Source of the DNA: Malacoraja senta
Taxonomy: Eukaryota
Reading direction: 5' to 3'
Assembly: GCA_038087875.1 (NCBI GenBank)
Contig: CM075977.1
Location: 266,724,001-266,788,000 of the forward strand
DNA length: 64,000 nucleotides
Position numbers and translations under genes: made by a program
In this document: one piece after another, positions 52,046 to 63,299 of the stretch
Position numbering within the stretch: position 1 is the first letter of the stretch
Layout of the letters: each line of letters opens with the position of its first letter
The notes under the pieces: model-generated
The model's database searches: none
Seen by the model: the letters and a program-made list of their open reading frames with translations, nothing else
Told to the model about the DNA's origin: nothing

Positions 52046-53242
52046 TGAACCAATTGTGAACTTTCTGTAGGGTGGAATAGCAGGGATTCCCTTTCAACTC
52101 TATAGCGGAAATATGGAGTATTCACCCTGTCTTGGACACCCTTTGCTCACCTTCACAGCACCACTCCTCACCTCTCCTGGAGCTCTTTGGTGGGCTTTCC
52201 TTGTGCAGGAGACTATTTGTGCTGCTCCTGAATCCTGGTCTACCCACTCCCACCAGAATTACTACTACTGCCTGCCAGCCGCAAGTGATTCTTACTGAGA
52301 TTCGCTGAGAGCATGATCGTGAAACATAAAGGTGACAATCCTCACTGTGTACGCTTTTCACATATCCTAATACAGCCCACACCCTACACTAGTTCCAAGC
52401 ACTCTGCCTGACAGTTTAAAACCACGGCTACTGAGATATAATAAGCCTCATTTCAACTGTAGAGAGTGACTTACTGCATCAGGCAGCTTTTAAATTAGCA
52501 ATGTTCACTGAAGCTTAACGGTTTAAATCCCATAGTCATGATGGTGTATATTTTTAGAAACAGGAGAGGGTTAGTATCCGGTATCCCTATGGATGGACTC
52601 TTCAGGTGGGAGCCAGCATTAATTTTGCTGTCGATGGAGAACTGTATAATATCTTTAAAACATGGTGGTGTGTGAAATATTTGCAGCCTCCATTTCAGTG
52701 CTCTGCATGATACCTGGGTTTTACTGTGGAATGGATCTAAATACTTTTACTGTCTAGCCACTGCTCTCCAATGCAATTGCAAAACGAATTTCAATGATAG
52801 GTATAAATGACATTGATTTTTATCAGGAAGTGCAGTTAATCTGGTTATACCTCGTGTGCTGAGAAGATAAGCATCTTATGTCTGTTCATTTATTTTTCTT
52901 ATTACTTTTCTCTCTGCTTGCTATGCTATTTTAAATTTAGCAGGAGATTTGGATGCTCTGTTTATGCTGTATTTTACTTTTGATTACTTTTTTAAATTTC
53001 AGTCAATCCTCTTTTCTATTTTTGATTTCAATCAGTCCCAGGTAATGTGGTTGTTTCCAGGCTGAAGGGATATCGTAATATTGCAGCTGATGGAGCTGCT
53101 GCTTCACAGCACCAGAGAATGGGCTTCAATCTTGCCCTCGGGTGCTGTCTGCACTTTCTCCCTGTGACCGTGTGGTTTTTCTCTGCGGTGCTCCAGTTTC
53201 CTCCCACATCCCAAAGACGTGTGGCTCTGTCAGTTAATTGGC

Positions 53243-53295
53243 GGGGTGGGAGATTGCAACCTTCACGTGGTCCACCCTGTTTCGACTAATGCAAT
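53243..53295 (+). ncRNA. Minimal HDV/CPEB3-like self-cleaving ribozyme
   Basis: P1 GGGGUGG/CCACCCU (G1-U wobble), P2 AUUGCA/UGCAAU, P3 ACC/GGU, L3 UUCACGU, catalytic C at 53286. Confidence 0.85.
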
Positions 53296-53379
53296 CAACT
53301 CGACGTGCACAAACAAATTGATCCAATAGAACAAGTTGACCTACAACTTTAGACTGTGCACGCCATACGCAAGAAGAAG
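53243..53379 (+). mobile_element. Ribozyme-headed short retroposon, copy A
   Basis: TSD TAATTGGC (53235-53242, 53383-53390); (AAG)3 tail. Confidence 0.9.
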
Positions 53380-53489
53380 TTATAATTGGCCTCTGTGAAA
53401 TTGTCCCTCGTGCATAAGGAATGGATCTGTAAGTGGAATAACATAGAAATAGTGTGAATGGATATTCGATGGGCTACAGTGAAGGAGCT

Positions 53490-53542
53490 GGGGTGGGAGA
53501 TTGCAACCTTCACGTGGTCCGCCCTGTTTCGACGAATGCAAT
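53490..53542 (+). ncRNA. Minimal HDV/CPEB3-like self-cleaving ribozyme
   Basis: P1 GGGGUGG/CCGCCCU, L3 UUCACGU, J4/2 CGAA (C at 53533), P2 AUUGCA/UGCAAU. Confidence 0.85.
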
Positions 53543-53623
53543 CAACCTGGCGTGCACAATCAAATAAGATCAAATAGGACAAGTTGTCCTACAACTTTAG
53601 GCATACGCAAGAAGAAGAAGAGG
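53490..53623 (+). mobile_element. Ribozyme-headed short retroposon, copy B
   Basis: TSD AGGAGCT (53483-53489, 53624-53630); (AAG)n tail. Confidence 0.9.
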
Positions 53624-53809
53624 AGGAGCTGCGTCTAATACAGAGATGGCATCTGCAGATTTCACAATTCTCAGGCTGGGAAGCCGGCCCATTCGACATG
53701 CTCTAACCCAATGGTGCAAACAGTGAATTCCCTCCTTCCTTTTCCCCCTCCTCTCTTCCCCGTGCCCCAACAAGGTACGCACCCATTGCACCCAGCACCA
53801 AACTGAGGC

Positions 53810-54205
53810 ACACCACTAGTCACAGGCCTCCAGTCTAAAAAACCAACCTTCCACTATCGCCCTCTGCTTCCTTCCATGGATCCAATTTTCTATTCAGTCA
53901 GCTATCTCTCCATGGATCCCATGTGACCTAACCTTGCAGAGCACCCTACCATGCGGAATCTTGTCGAATGCGTTGCTGAAATCCACATACACAACATCTA
54001 CAGCTCTGCCCTCATCGACCTTTTTGGTCACATCTTCAAACAACTCTATCAGATTTGTGAGATACGATCTCCCACACACAACTGTGCTGACTATCCTGAA
54101 TCAGCCATCTAAATGCATGGATATCTTTTCCCTCAGAATACTCTCTAGTAAATTTCCGACCACAGATATTAGACTTATTGGCCTGTAGTTCCCAATGTTT
54201 TCAAT
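53810..54205 (-). mobile_element. CR1 RT fragment
   Basis: GNYRPISL.SVVG; LTNLIE.FEDVTK.VDEG.AVDVVY.DF..AFDK. Confidence 0.85.
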
Positions 54206-54589
54206 TTCTTCCATATCCCGAACTTCACCATTGCTGTTTTGAATCCAGTCAATGACTGAGCTTCCACAACCTTCCGCAGACGTCGATTCCAAAAATAACA
54301 CAGCCATTTGAACCGACATTTTGCCTTATTTCAATCCTAAATAGTCTATCTCTTTTGTGACTGTGCCAACTAGTTCTAGATTCCTTAGCCCAGGAGGCAT
54401 CCACCCTGTCATACCTTGTACAAATATTGTTTACTTCAATGACGTTTAAATGCAATACACATAGGAACTTCAGCCCACTAAGTTCACGACGACCATCGAT
54501 CACCTGTTCACACTAGTTCCATTTTATTCTAATTTCTCATCTGCTCCCTAACATACAGATGTCATTTAACCTACTGACCCACAAGTTTA

Positions 54590-55050
54590 CACAGGTTCAC
54601 AAGTTATAGGAGTAGAATTAGGGCATCTGCCCCATCGAGTCTACTCCGCCATTCAATCATGGCTGATCTCTGCCTCCTAATTCCATTTTCCTGCATTCTC
54701 CCCATAACCCTTGACACACGTTCTAATCAAGAATTTGTCTATCTCTGCCTTAAAAATATCCACTGACTTGACCTCCACAGCCCTCTGTGGCAATGAGTTC
54801 CGCAAATTAACTGCCCTCTGATTAACTGCCCTTGCCTCATTTCTAAAAGAGCACCCTTTAATTCTGAGACTATGACGTCTGGCCCTAGACTCTCCCACCA
54901 GTAGAAACATCCTTTCCGCATCCACTCTATCTATGCCTTTCATTATTCTGTAAATTTCAAAGAGGTCCCCCCTCAACCTCCTAAACTCCGGCGAGTAGAG
55001 GCCCAGTGCTGTCAAATGCTCATCATTTGCTAACCCACTTATTCCTGGAA
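54590..55050 (-). mobile_element. CR1 3' end
   Basis: LGLYS.EFRRLRGDL.E.YRIMKGIDRV. Confidence 0.85.
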
Positions 55051-56207
55051 TTCTTTTGGCTGTGGGAGAAAACCTGAGCACACCAAGGAAACCCACACAG
55101 ATACAGGGAGAATGTGAAAACTCCTCACACACGCTCCCGGGGTCAGGATCGAACCAAGATCGGTGGCACTGTGAGGCAGCAGCTCTACCAGCTGCTCCCA
55201 CAGTGCCAGCTATGTGTGTCACTGTGCCGCTGTAAGTTATCCTAGTTATTTCTACCAGGGTGCTTGCTTGTCGAGGGACTGGGGAAAACTGACAGGAAGA
55301 AGAGCTAGTTATAAATTGACAAAAAAGGGAGATTATGTCACAGTTTGTGGAATGGTTTGAAGTTAATAACGGCGGAACATATTTTTGAAGTTTAAACATC
55401 AGTCATCAGTTGGCACTGCAATGCAGGAATGATCAAGGGAAGCTTAAATTTTTATTAAGTGAACATTTGTTCAGTAGGCCATGCATAGGTAATAAGTATT
55501 TAACGGCTTATCTCTGATTCCTTTTTATTTCACGCTCATTCAGTGCTACTTCGGAGCACGGCCAGGCCATTCCCATCACAATGACCGAAAGCAGATTAAA
55601 TGCATGGACTACACAGCAGGCTGCCTGCGCTTCTGCAGAAGGATGGGATTTTTCTAAAATGAGACACTAAGCCTTTCTGCCTTCTGCCTATTTACCCAGT
55701 CAGTGTGTTGCTACACCTCCAACCACTTGGGGAAACTCCGGGGGAATCAGTTGAGCAGCAACAGCCACTGAAAATGTGGGAGTAGTTTTCCATTAACGGA
55801 AACATTTTATAATAGGTGCCTGAGAAACTTAGTTTGCCTGTGTTTCCATGGCAGTTAGCAGAAGCCATAGAAATCAAGTTGACTTATAAGATGCACCGTG
55901 GGACTCCAATGGCTGATTTATGACTTGAGCCAAGTTCGACTCCATTTGGTTAGAATTCGGGGAGTGAGGATTTTTTGTCCTGAGCATCATGTCTGGTATG
56001 TTAAATGTTGGAAGTGAAGTAATTGTGTGACACAAATGCACAACCTTCAACGTATAAAGAAAAATATGTTATATCCAGGTTATTTGATTTCTTCACAGAG
56101 CTAAGTCTGACAGAAATAAGACGTGAACAATCGTGCAGATGATTGAGCTGTGGTTATAAAGCATCCATCAAAGCTGGTAGCTCTCTCTCAGCAGCCTCTG
56201 CAGGAAC

Positions 56208-56306
56208 ATGCCGCTACAGCAGATCTCAGTTGTGCCGGCAAAGGAAACCTCCAGTAATGGAAGAAGCTCAACAGGCAAGAACAAAGAGAAGAACAAGGAT
56301 ATGGAG
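56208..56306 (+). CDS. MARCHF1: First coding exon of membrane-associated RING-CH E3 ubiquitin ligase MARCHF1 (MPL.QISV-type N-terminus)
   Basis: Translates MPLQQISVVPAKETSSNGRSSTGKNKEKNKDME, then a phase-0 GTGAGG donor; closely matches the mammalian March1 isoform start as recalled (MPLHQISVIPARETASNGRSSMGRNKEKNKEVE). Confidence 0.85.
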
Positions 56307-57170
56307 GTGAGGTTAAGGATTGAACTGATTGTACTGGATTCTTCAATTTGATTTTAATTTTGCTTCAGCTGTTTTATGAGTTTGTGATGTTCAGATTTCA
56401 AATGAACTCGTACTGCTAACGAAAGTTCTCCACGTAACCAATGGATTTTATCTTTTGAGTGATATGTTTAAATCTTCATCGGTGTTCCAATTATACTTGC
56501 GGATACATGCTTTTTGAATAACAAGGATACATTGCATTCCATTTGTTCAGGGTGGAGAATATTAGCGTACAAGGGCAGTTTGAGATTAAAAAGGAAGAGG
56601 TGTTGGCGTTCTTGAGAGCATCAAGGTGGATAAATCCCCAGAGTTGATAGGATCTATCCCAGGTTATTGAGAGAGGCTAGAGAGGAGATTGTGGGTGATT
56701 TGACGAAGATCTAAATGAGTCTTCTCTAGCCACAAGCGAGGTCACAGAGGACTGGAGAGTAGCTGACGTTGTTCCTTTATTTAAGAAGGAAAGTAAAGAA
56801 AATCTAGGGAATTCTGGATGGGTGAGCTTCACATCAGTGGTCAGGAAACTATTGGCGAGGATTCTTCAGGATAGGATTTGCTCCCATTTGGAAGATAATG
56901 GATTAATTAGGTACAGTCAGCGTGGCTTTGTATGCGGCAGGTCGTGTCCTACTAACGACCGAGTTTTTGGAGAAGGTGGCGTAAGTGATTGATGAGGGTA
57001 ATTGTTGTCTACATGGATAAATGATGGATGTTGTCTACATGGATTTTGGTAAGGCATTTGATAAAGTCCCCCCCCCCCCCCAACCCTCATGGTAGGCTGA
57101 TCCAGAAGATTAAGATGCATGGGAATAACATTGATGGTCATATAGATTCGAAACTGACATGTCATCTCTA

Positions 57171-57250
57171 GAATGTTGTTCTTGCATCACACCCTTCAAC
57201 CTTCTACTAATTAGTAGAAGGTTGAAGGGTGTGATGCAAGAACAACATTC
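57171..57250. repeat. Perfect 80-bp palindrome
   Basis: 57171-57210 is the exact reverse complement of 57211-57250. Confidence 0.97.
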
Positions 57251-57627
57251 AGGTCTGAGATCAGTGGAGTTCCACAAGGATCTGTGCTCAAACCTTTGTT
57301 GTTTATGATATAGATATACGTAAATGACTTGGACATAAACGCAGATGGGTTAGTTAATAAATTTGCAGATGACACCAAGATTGCTGTGGTTGTGGACTGA
57401 GAGGAAGGTTTTTAAAGATTACAGCAGGGTATAATCAGCTATAGAAAAGTGAAGAGAAGTTACGGACTGAGTTTAATGTGAGCACGTGTGAGCTTTGCAT
57501 TTTGGGCAGTCCAATGCAAGGGAAAAATATCCAATTAATGGCAAGACCCATCATTGATGTTCAGGGGGATCTTGGGTCCAAGTCCCTAACTCCCTGAAAG
57601 TGGCAACATGAGTAGATAGCATGGTAA

Positions 57628-57958
57628 AAGCCCTGTCCCACTGTATGAGTTCATTTAAGAGTTCTCCCCGAGTTTGCCCCGATTTCGAACTCGGAGATTT
57701 ACGGTAATGGCCGCTCGTCAGTACTCGGGGCTTTCGTGGACATTTTTCAACATGTTGAAAAATCTTCATGAGTCTTCCTGTGCTTACCTGCCATTAGCGA
57801 GTCTTCCCAAGTACCTGCCGTTTGCGTTACGAGCCACTAAGAGATGTCCCCGAGCTCCGACGTACCCGCTACATTCATTCTATGTGCTTACCACGAGCTT
57901 GATTTTTTTTAAAACTCGGGAGAGCACTTGAATGAACTCGTACAGTGGGACAGGGCCA
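57628..57958. mobile_element. Harbinger-like MITE
   Basis: TIR GCCCTGTCCCACTGTA.GAGTTCATT; TAA TSD whose removal restores CR1 GGTAAAGAAGGCA. Confidence 0.85.
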
Positions 57959-57972
57959 TAAAGAAGGCACAT

Positions 57973-58100
57973 NNNNNNNNNNNNNNNNNNNNNNNNNNNN
58001 NNNNNNNNNNNNNNNNNNNNNNNNNNNNNNNNNNNNNNNNNNNNNNNNNNNNNNNNNNNNNNNNNNNNNNNNNNNNNNNNNNNNNNNNNNNNNNNNNNNN
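57973..58100. other. Assembly gap
   Basis: Run of N. Confidence 1.
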
Positions 58101-58184
58101 TGAGCATTGTGCATTCACACAACGGAATCTTTACTAACATTGGACGTACAGACGGATGACAGCCACAGAGTTTTATATAATAGA

Positions 58185-58574
58185 CTAGGCCAACTGGACA
58201 CCGAACGTGCATTTGCGGGGGGGGGGGGGGGGGGAGGCTGTGGCATCACACTAATCACCCCCTTTCCTCCAAAGCACGGAATCCGGCACCCACAAACACA
58301 CACACTCATCACACCCCTTGATATTATCTTAATATTTTAATTTGCTTCTTTTATCCCATCTCCACCCTATCCACTGCCGAATAGCCCTCACCTCTCAGAT
58401 GCGTCTAGAGGTGTTGGGGCAGAGGGAAAATTTAATGTTAGAAAAGAAAAATTTGAAGAGGAGGAGGGTGGAGAGGAGAGGGGTGGAGAGAGGAAAGAGA
58501 GGATGGGGAGAGAGGTGAAGGGGGGGGTTGGAGCGGGCGTGCATGAGTCAAGCCGCGGGCTGTGAAGAGAGAAG

Positions 58575-58610
<36 letters not shown>

Positions 58611-60389
58611 AGAGACAGAGAGACTGGTACACAAAAAAAAGCTGGAAAAACACAGCGGGTGCAGCAGCATCTATAGAGCGAAGGAAATAGGCAACGCTTT
58701 GGGTTGCAGCCCATCCTCAGACTGGTTTTCTACCGAAACGTTGCATATTTTTTTCGATCCATAGATGCTGCTGAACCCGCTGATGATATACAGGTTTTTT
58801 TTGTGTACCTTTGATTTTCCAGCATCTGCAGTTCCGTCTTAAAGACAGAGAGACTGTTGGCGGGCTGTTTTCCCAACGCGCATTTGCGGGAGGGGGCGGT
58901 GGGGATGCGGCATCACACTCACACTAACCACCCCCCAAACTCCCACTAACCACCCCCAAACACACTCGGGGAGAGGGGGGGAGGATGGAGAGGAAGACGG
59001 GGTGGGGAGAGAAGAGAGGAGAGGGAGATGGGGTGGGGAGAGAAGAGGAGAGGGGGAGGGAGGGGAGAGGGGGAAGAGAAAAGGGGAGAGATTGGGGAGG
59101 GAGAGGAGATCAGGGTGGGTGAGAGGGAGGGGGAGGAGAGTGGGGAGTGGGAGGAGAGCGGGGAGGGCAGGAAGGGGGAAGAGGGTGGGAGGGGATGAGG
59201 GGAAGGGTAGAGGAGTAGGGGGAAGAGAGGGAGAGAGGGAGGTTGGAGGGAGAGAGGTGGGGAGGGAGAGGGGTAGAGTGGGGAGAGAGGGGTAGCGGGG
59301 AGTGGTGCAAGAGAGAGGGGAAGGGGGTGGGGGGGAGATGGGGGTGAAGAGGGGTGGTGGAGGGGGAAGAGAGGGGTTTGGAGGGGAGGGAGGGGGAGGG
59401 GAGAGAGGGGGAAGAGTGGGGAGGGAGAGTTGAAGTAGGAGGGGTAGGGGTAGGGACAGTCCATCTGTTCCCCATTCCCTATCACCCCCAATCCTCTTTC
59501 TCTATTGCCACACATGTGACGACGCCCTTCGACACAGGCTGTGGGGTTGGGGGGGAGGGGCTGGGGCTGCTGCCAAGGCATATGTAAATGAATCCATTCC
59601 GATTGGACATCTGTTAGCATCGGGCATTGTGACATCACACAATGGAATCTTTACTAACATTCTATGGCTGAGCTGTTTTTTTAATCATTTTTAAATGTTT
59701 GGGGGTGGGGGGGGGAGACATTTTGAAATTTCCCCATTCCCTATCACCCCCACACACGTGGCGACGCCCTTCGACACAGGCTGCGGGGTTGGGGCGGAGG
59801 GGCATGGGGTGTGGCTGCTGCAAAGGCATATGTAAACGGATTCATTTCGATTTGTCACACGTGTCGCAGGGCGTCGCCACGTGTGTGGGGGTGATAGGGA
59901 ATGGGGAAATTTCAAAATGTTAAACAAACAGCTCTCAGCAAAAGAATGTAAATGAAGGTTCCGTTTTGTGATGTCACAATGCCCAATGCTACGGGGGTTG
60001 GGGGGAGGGGCCGGGGCTGGGGCTGCTGCAAAGGCATATGTAAATGGGTCCATTCCGATAGGACATCTGTGACCATTGTGTATTGTGACATCACACAACG
60101 GAATCTTTACTAACATTCTATGGCTGAGCTGTTTTTTTTAAACATTTTGAAATGTTTGGTTTGGGGGGGGAGAGGTATTTTATTTTAAAAAGTGTACATA
60201 AACATGACCAAATTTAATCAGGATTGTCTATTCGTAAATATAAACGTAATCTCTTCAGAAACGGTAAAAAATATCGGCGTTTCCGCGCGCCGCGTGGGCG
60301 TAGGGCGGTATCAAAGGGCTGCGTGGCACAAGTCAAGCAGAACGTTGGCCGTACAGACGGATGACAGCCACAGAGTTTTATATAATAGA
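58185..60389 (-). mobile_element. Non-autonomous Helitron-like element (second family), joined to the 5' end of another unit at 58101-58184
   Basis: 5' A|TCTATTATATAAAACTC at 60389; 3' CTAG at 58185-58188; internal polypurine tract and duplicated modules. Confidence 0.7.
58960..59460 (+). repeat. G/A-rich low-complexity tract
   Basis: Near-pure purine strand with many G runs. Confidence 0.9.
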
Positions 60390-60697
60390 TAGAAATAGAT
60401 AGATAGATAGATAGATAAGATACATCGCAAAAGCAGGCCATTCGGCCCACCGGGTCCGTGCAGACCAGCAATCATCACTATCCGACACACTAGGGACAAT
60501 TCACAATTTTACAGACAATTAACTTACAAACCCGAGCGACTTTGTAGTGTGGGAGGAAATTGGAGCACCCGGAGAAAGCCCATGCCATCACAGGGAGAAC
60601 GTATAAACACCGTACAGACAGCACCTGCAGTCAGGATCAAATCCAAGTCTCTGGCACTGTAAGACAGCAACCCAACTGCTGCGCCAGTGTGCCACCT
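60390..60697 (-). mobile_element. V-SINE with (TCTA)n tail
   Basis: tRNA head, V-domain, tail. Confidence 0.75.
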
Positions 60698-61324
60698 TCT
60701 CAGAGCTTCCCCTTGAAATCTGCCGTTTCGATTAACTTGAGCTAAGGCTTTGTGCCACAGACAGTCTTATCCAGCAGGCCGACAGACCCTTAGGCAAGAA
60801 ACGATAAAGAAAATTGTTTTGAATTACATCCTGGAGTTAACTTCTGAAGAATTGCAGGAAAGCAATATTTCCAATTTTCTATCCAGAGCTTCCTATTCCG
60901 TACCTCTGAGTACCGTAGTTGATGATTCTTGCATTCCAGTGTTTATAAGGCACATGAGGATGGTGCAAAATTGGCAGTGTAATTGCAGTGTAAGGATGTC
61001 ACTCGGACTTATTCTTTTGCATGAATATCAGTCAATTGTACCAAATCCCCCCCCTGTACAGTCTTCTTTTAGGTGTGAGGCCACGGATTTTATTTATTGA
61101 TGCATGGATGTGGTGAACTAAGGTGAAATTAATCTAATGTCGAGCATTAATTCCCCTGACATGTTGAACTAACTACATATTTACCTGCTGTCAATTCTGC
61201 ATGATTTTAAATGTGTTTCAGTTGCATTTAATTTTTAAACTTTATATATCTGTAAAGTTACATATCCTGCCACCACTTTTTGCTTAACAATGAGTGCAAT
61301 CAAACTGATCTACAAAGTTTATTC

Positions 61325-62300
61325 ATGGAGGTGGAGTGGTGGGTGAGAAGACTTTTTATGTAGGTGGGGGCAAGCCCATTGAGGGCTTTGTAGACATGGA
61401 GGAGGATCTTGAAATGCACAGGGAGCCAGTGGAGAGAGGCCAGGATCGGGGTGATGTGGTCCCTTTTTCGGGTGCCCGTCAGGAGTCTCGCTGTGGCGTT
61501 TTGGACCAGTTGCAGGCGGGACAGGGAAGATTGGCTGATGCCAGTGTAAAGGGAGTTGCAGTAATCTAGGCGGGAGGAGATAAATGTTTGGATGATCTTT
61601 TCGAGGACATCAAACTGGAGGAATTGTTTTATTTTAGCTAAAGTAAAGTAAAGTAAAGTAAACTTTATTGTCAATTCAAATAATGCAACAAGTAGTTACA
61701 CAGAGGATTGAAATTGCGTTTCCCCATACTCCAATGTGCAAGTAATATTTATAACACAGACAGACAATATACCAATAAAGATAGACAATGGACATATACA
61801 TTATATAAAATATTCACAGTGTGCCAGAGTGTAGTAAAATTTTGAGGTATGTTATTAAGGTGCAATAATAAAAGGTGCAATATAGAAAAGTGCAAATAGC
61901 ATACTGCAGACATTGAGTTAAAGTTAATTTGACAGTCAGTTGGTCTTTGTGTAATGTTCATGGAATTTTCTTGAGTGTGTTGAGTAGTCTGATGGTCTGA
62001 GGGAAAAAGCTGTTTTTGAATCTGGTGGTTTTGCTCCGCATGCTGCGGTAGCGCTTGCCGGATGGTAGGAGGGTGAACAGTTTGTGTGCTGGGTGGGTGG
62101 TGTCTTTGATGATATTGGTTGCTCTCTTGCGACAGCGAGATGGGTATAAGTCCTGGATTGCTGGTTGGGGTAATCTAGTGATCTTCTCCGCTGTCCTCAC
62201 CACTCTCTGTAGGGCCGTCCGAAGCTGAAAGAAGCTAGCTTTTACCACGGCATTGACTTGTTTGTCAAATTTCAGTGCTGAGTCAAATATCACGCCACGC
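61325..62300 (-). mobile_element. L2 LINE RT fragment interrupted by a Rex1-like 3' end (about 61640-62220)
   Basis: GVIFDSALKFDKQVNAVVKASFFQLR | AKIK..ISSRLDYCNSL..HITPILASLHWLPV; insert HP.H.LF.LLPSGKRYRS with (TTTAC)n tail. Confidence 0.85.
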
Positions 62301-62934
62301 CAAGAGAGCATTAGAATTCACGTGAAGTGTAAAATGTTGGCAGGGAGAGCCAGGGACTAGCCTTTGTCCACTAGTGTAGCTGGGACATGTTGGCCGCTGT
62401 GGGCAATTTGGGCCGAAGGGCCAGTTTCCTCACTGTATCACTCTATGGCTCTATGATGCCCATCAACACCACCCCCCCCCCCCCCCCCGTCTCCTGTATC
62501 CATATAATTTGCCAGGCTTTGTTCTGTCCCGACCTCTTTTCCAGCTTTCTCCCCTTTCTCCCTCACCCCTCCCCCTCCCATTAAAATCAGTTTGAAGAAG
62601 TTCCTGACCTGAAACATCACCTATCCATGTCCTCCAGAGATGCTACCTGATCTGCCCAGGAACTCCAGCACTTTGTGTACTTCATTAACGTTAAGAAGGT
62701 TAATGGCCAGCATGGTCTCGGAGGGCCAATGGGGATGTTACCACAATGTATGATTCTCTGAGACTAAGTTGGTAAAAAATAGAAATTGGTTATAGATAAG
62801 TAAAAGAAAAACTGAAAAGTCAAGCAATCAACATTTTGAAATAATTTGCTTCCTTCTTTCAAAATAACCTTTAAGAAAGATAACAGACATAAGTGTACGT
62901 ATTTGGTGCGCCTATATTTTAAACTTGATGTGTA

Positions 62935-63082
62935 AGACGTACCAGTATGTAGGTTAATTGGCTTGGTAAATGTAAAAATTGTCCCTAGTGGGTATAGGAT
63001 AGTGTGAATGTGCGGGGATCGCTGGGTCGGCGTGGACCCGGTGAGCCGAAAGGGCCCGTTTCTGCACTGTATCTCTAAACTA
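62935..63082 (+). mobile_element. V-SINE 3' part
   Basis: Same tail as the other copies. Confidence 0.7.
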
Positions 63083-63299
63083 AAAAAAGTGATGATATGG
63101 TATTCAAATGTGGTTAAAATGTAAAATAACAGTATTATCACACTACTTTCATCTTCAATACAATACATCTTTATACACAACACGTAATTTGGCAGCATCT
63201 TTGTGTAGTCACATTCTGAACCTCAATTCTATGATTGATGAACAACACACTTACTCCAAATATTTTATAGATTATTTGGCAATGTGGTAAAATCAGAAA

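Larger units (their letters stand above)
53085..53470 (+). mobile_element. V-SINE hosting ribozyme retroposon copy A
   Basis: SINE sequence resumes after the TSD TAATTGGC at 53390. Confidence 0.75.
56520..57972 (+). mobile_element. CR1 ORF2 fragment
   Basis: IKVDKSP...[42 protein letters not shown]. Confidence 0.85.

Noticed and set aside
54677-55399. 240-aa ORF
   Set aside because: Chance read-through of a SINE and a CR1 3' end
58946-59638. 230-aa Pro/Ser/Leu-rich ORF
   Set aside because: Artefact of a low-complexity polypurine tract
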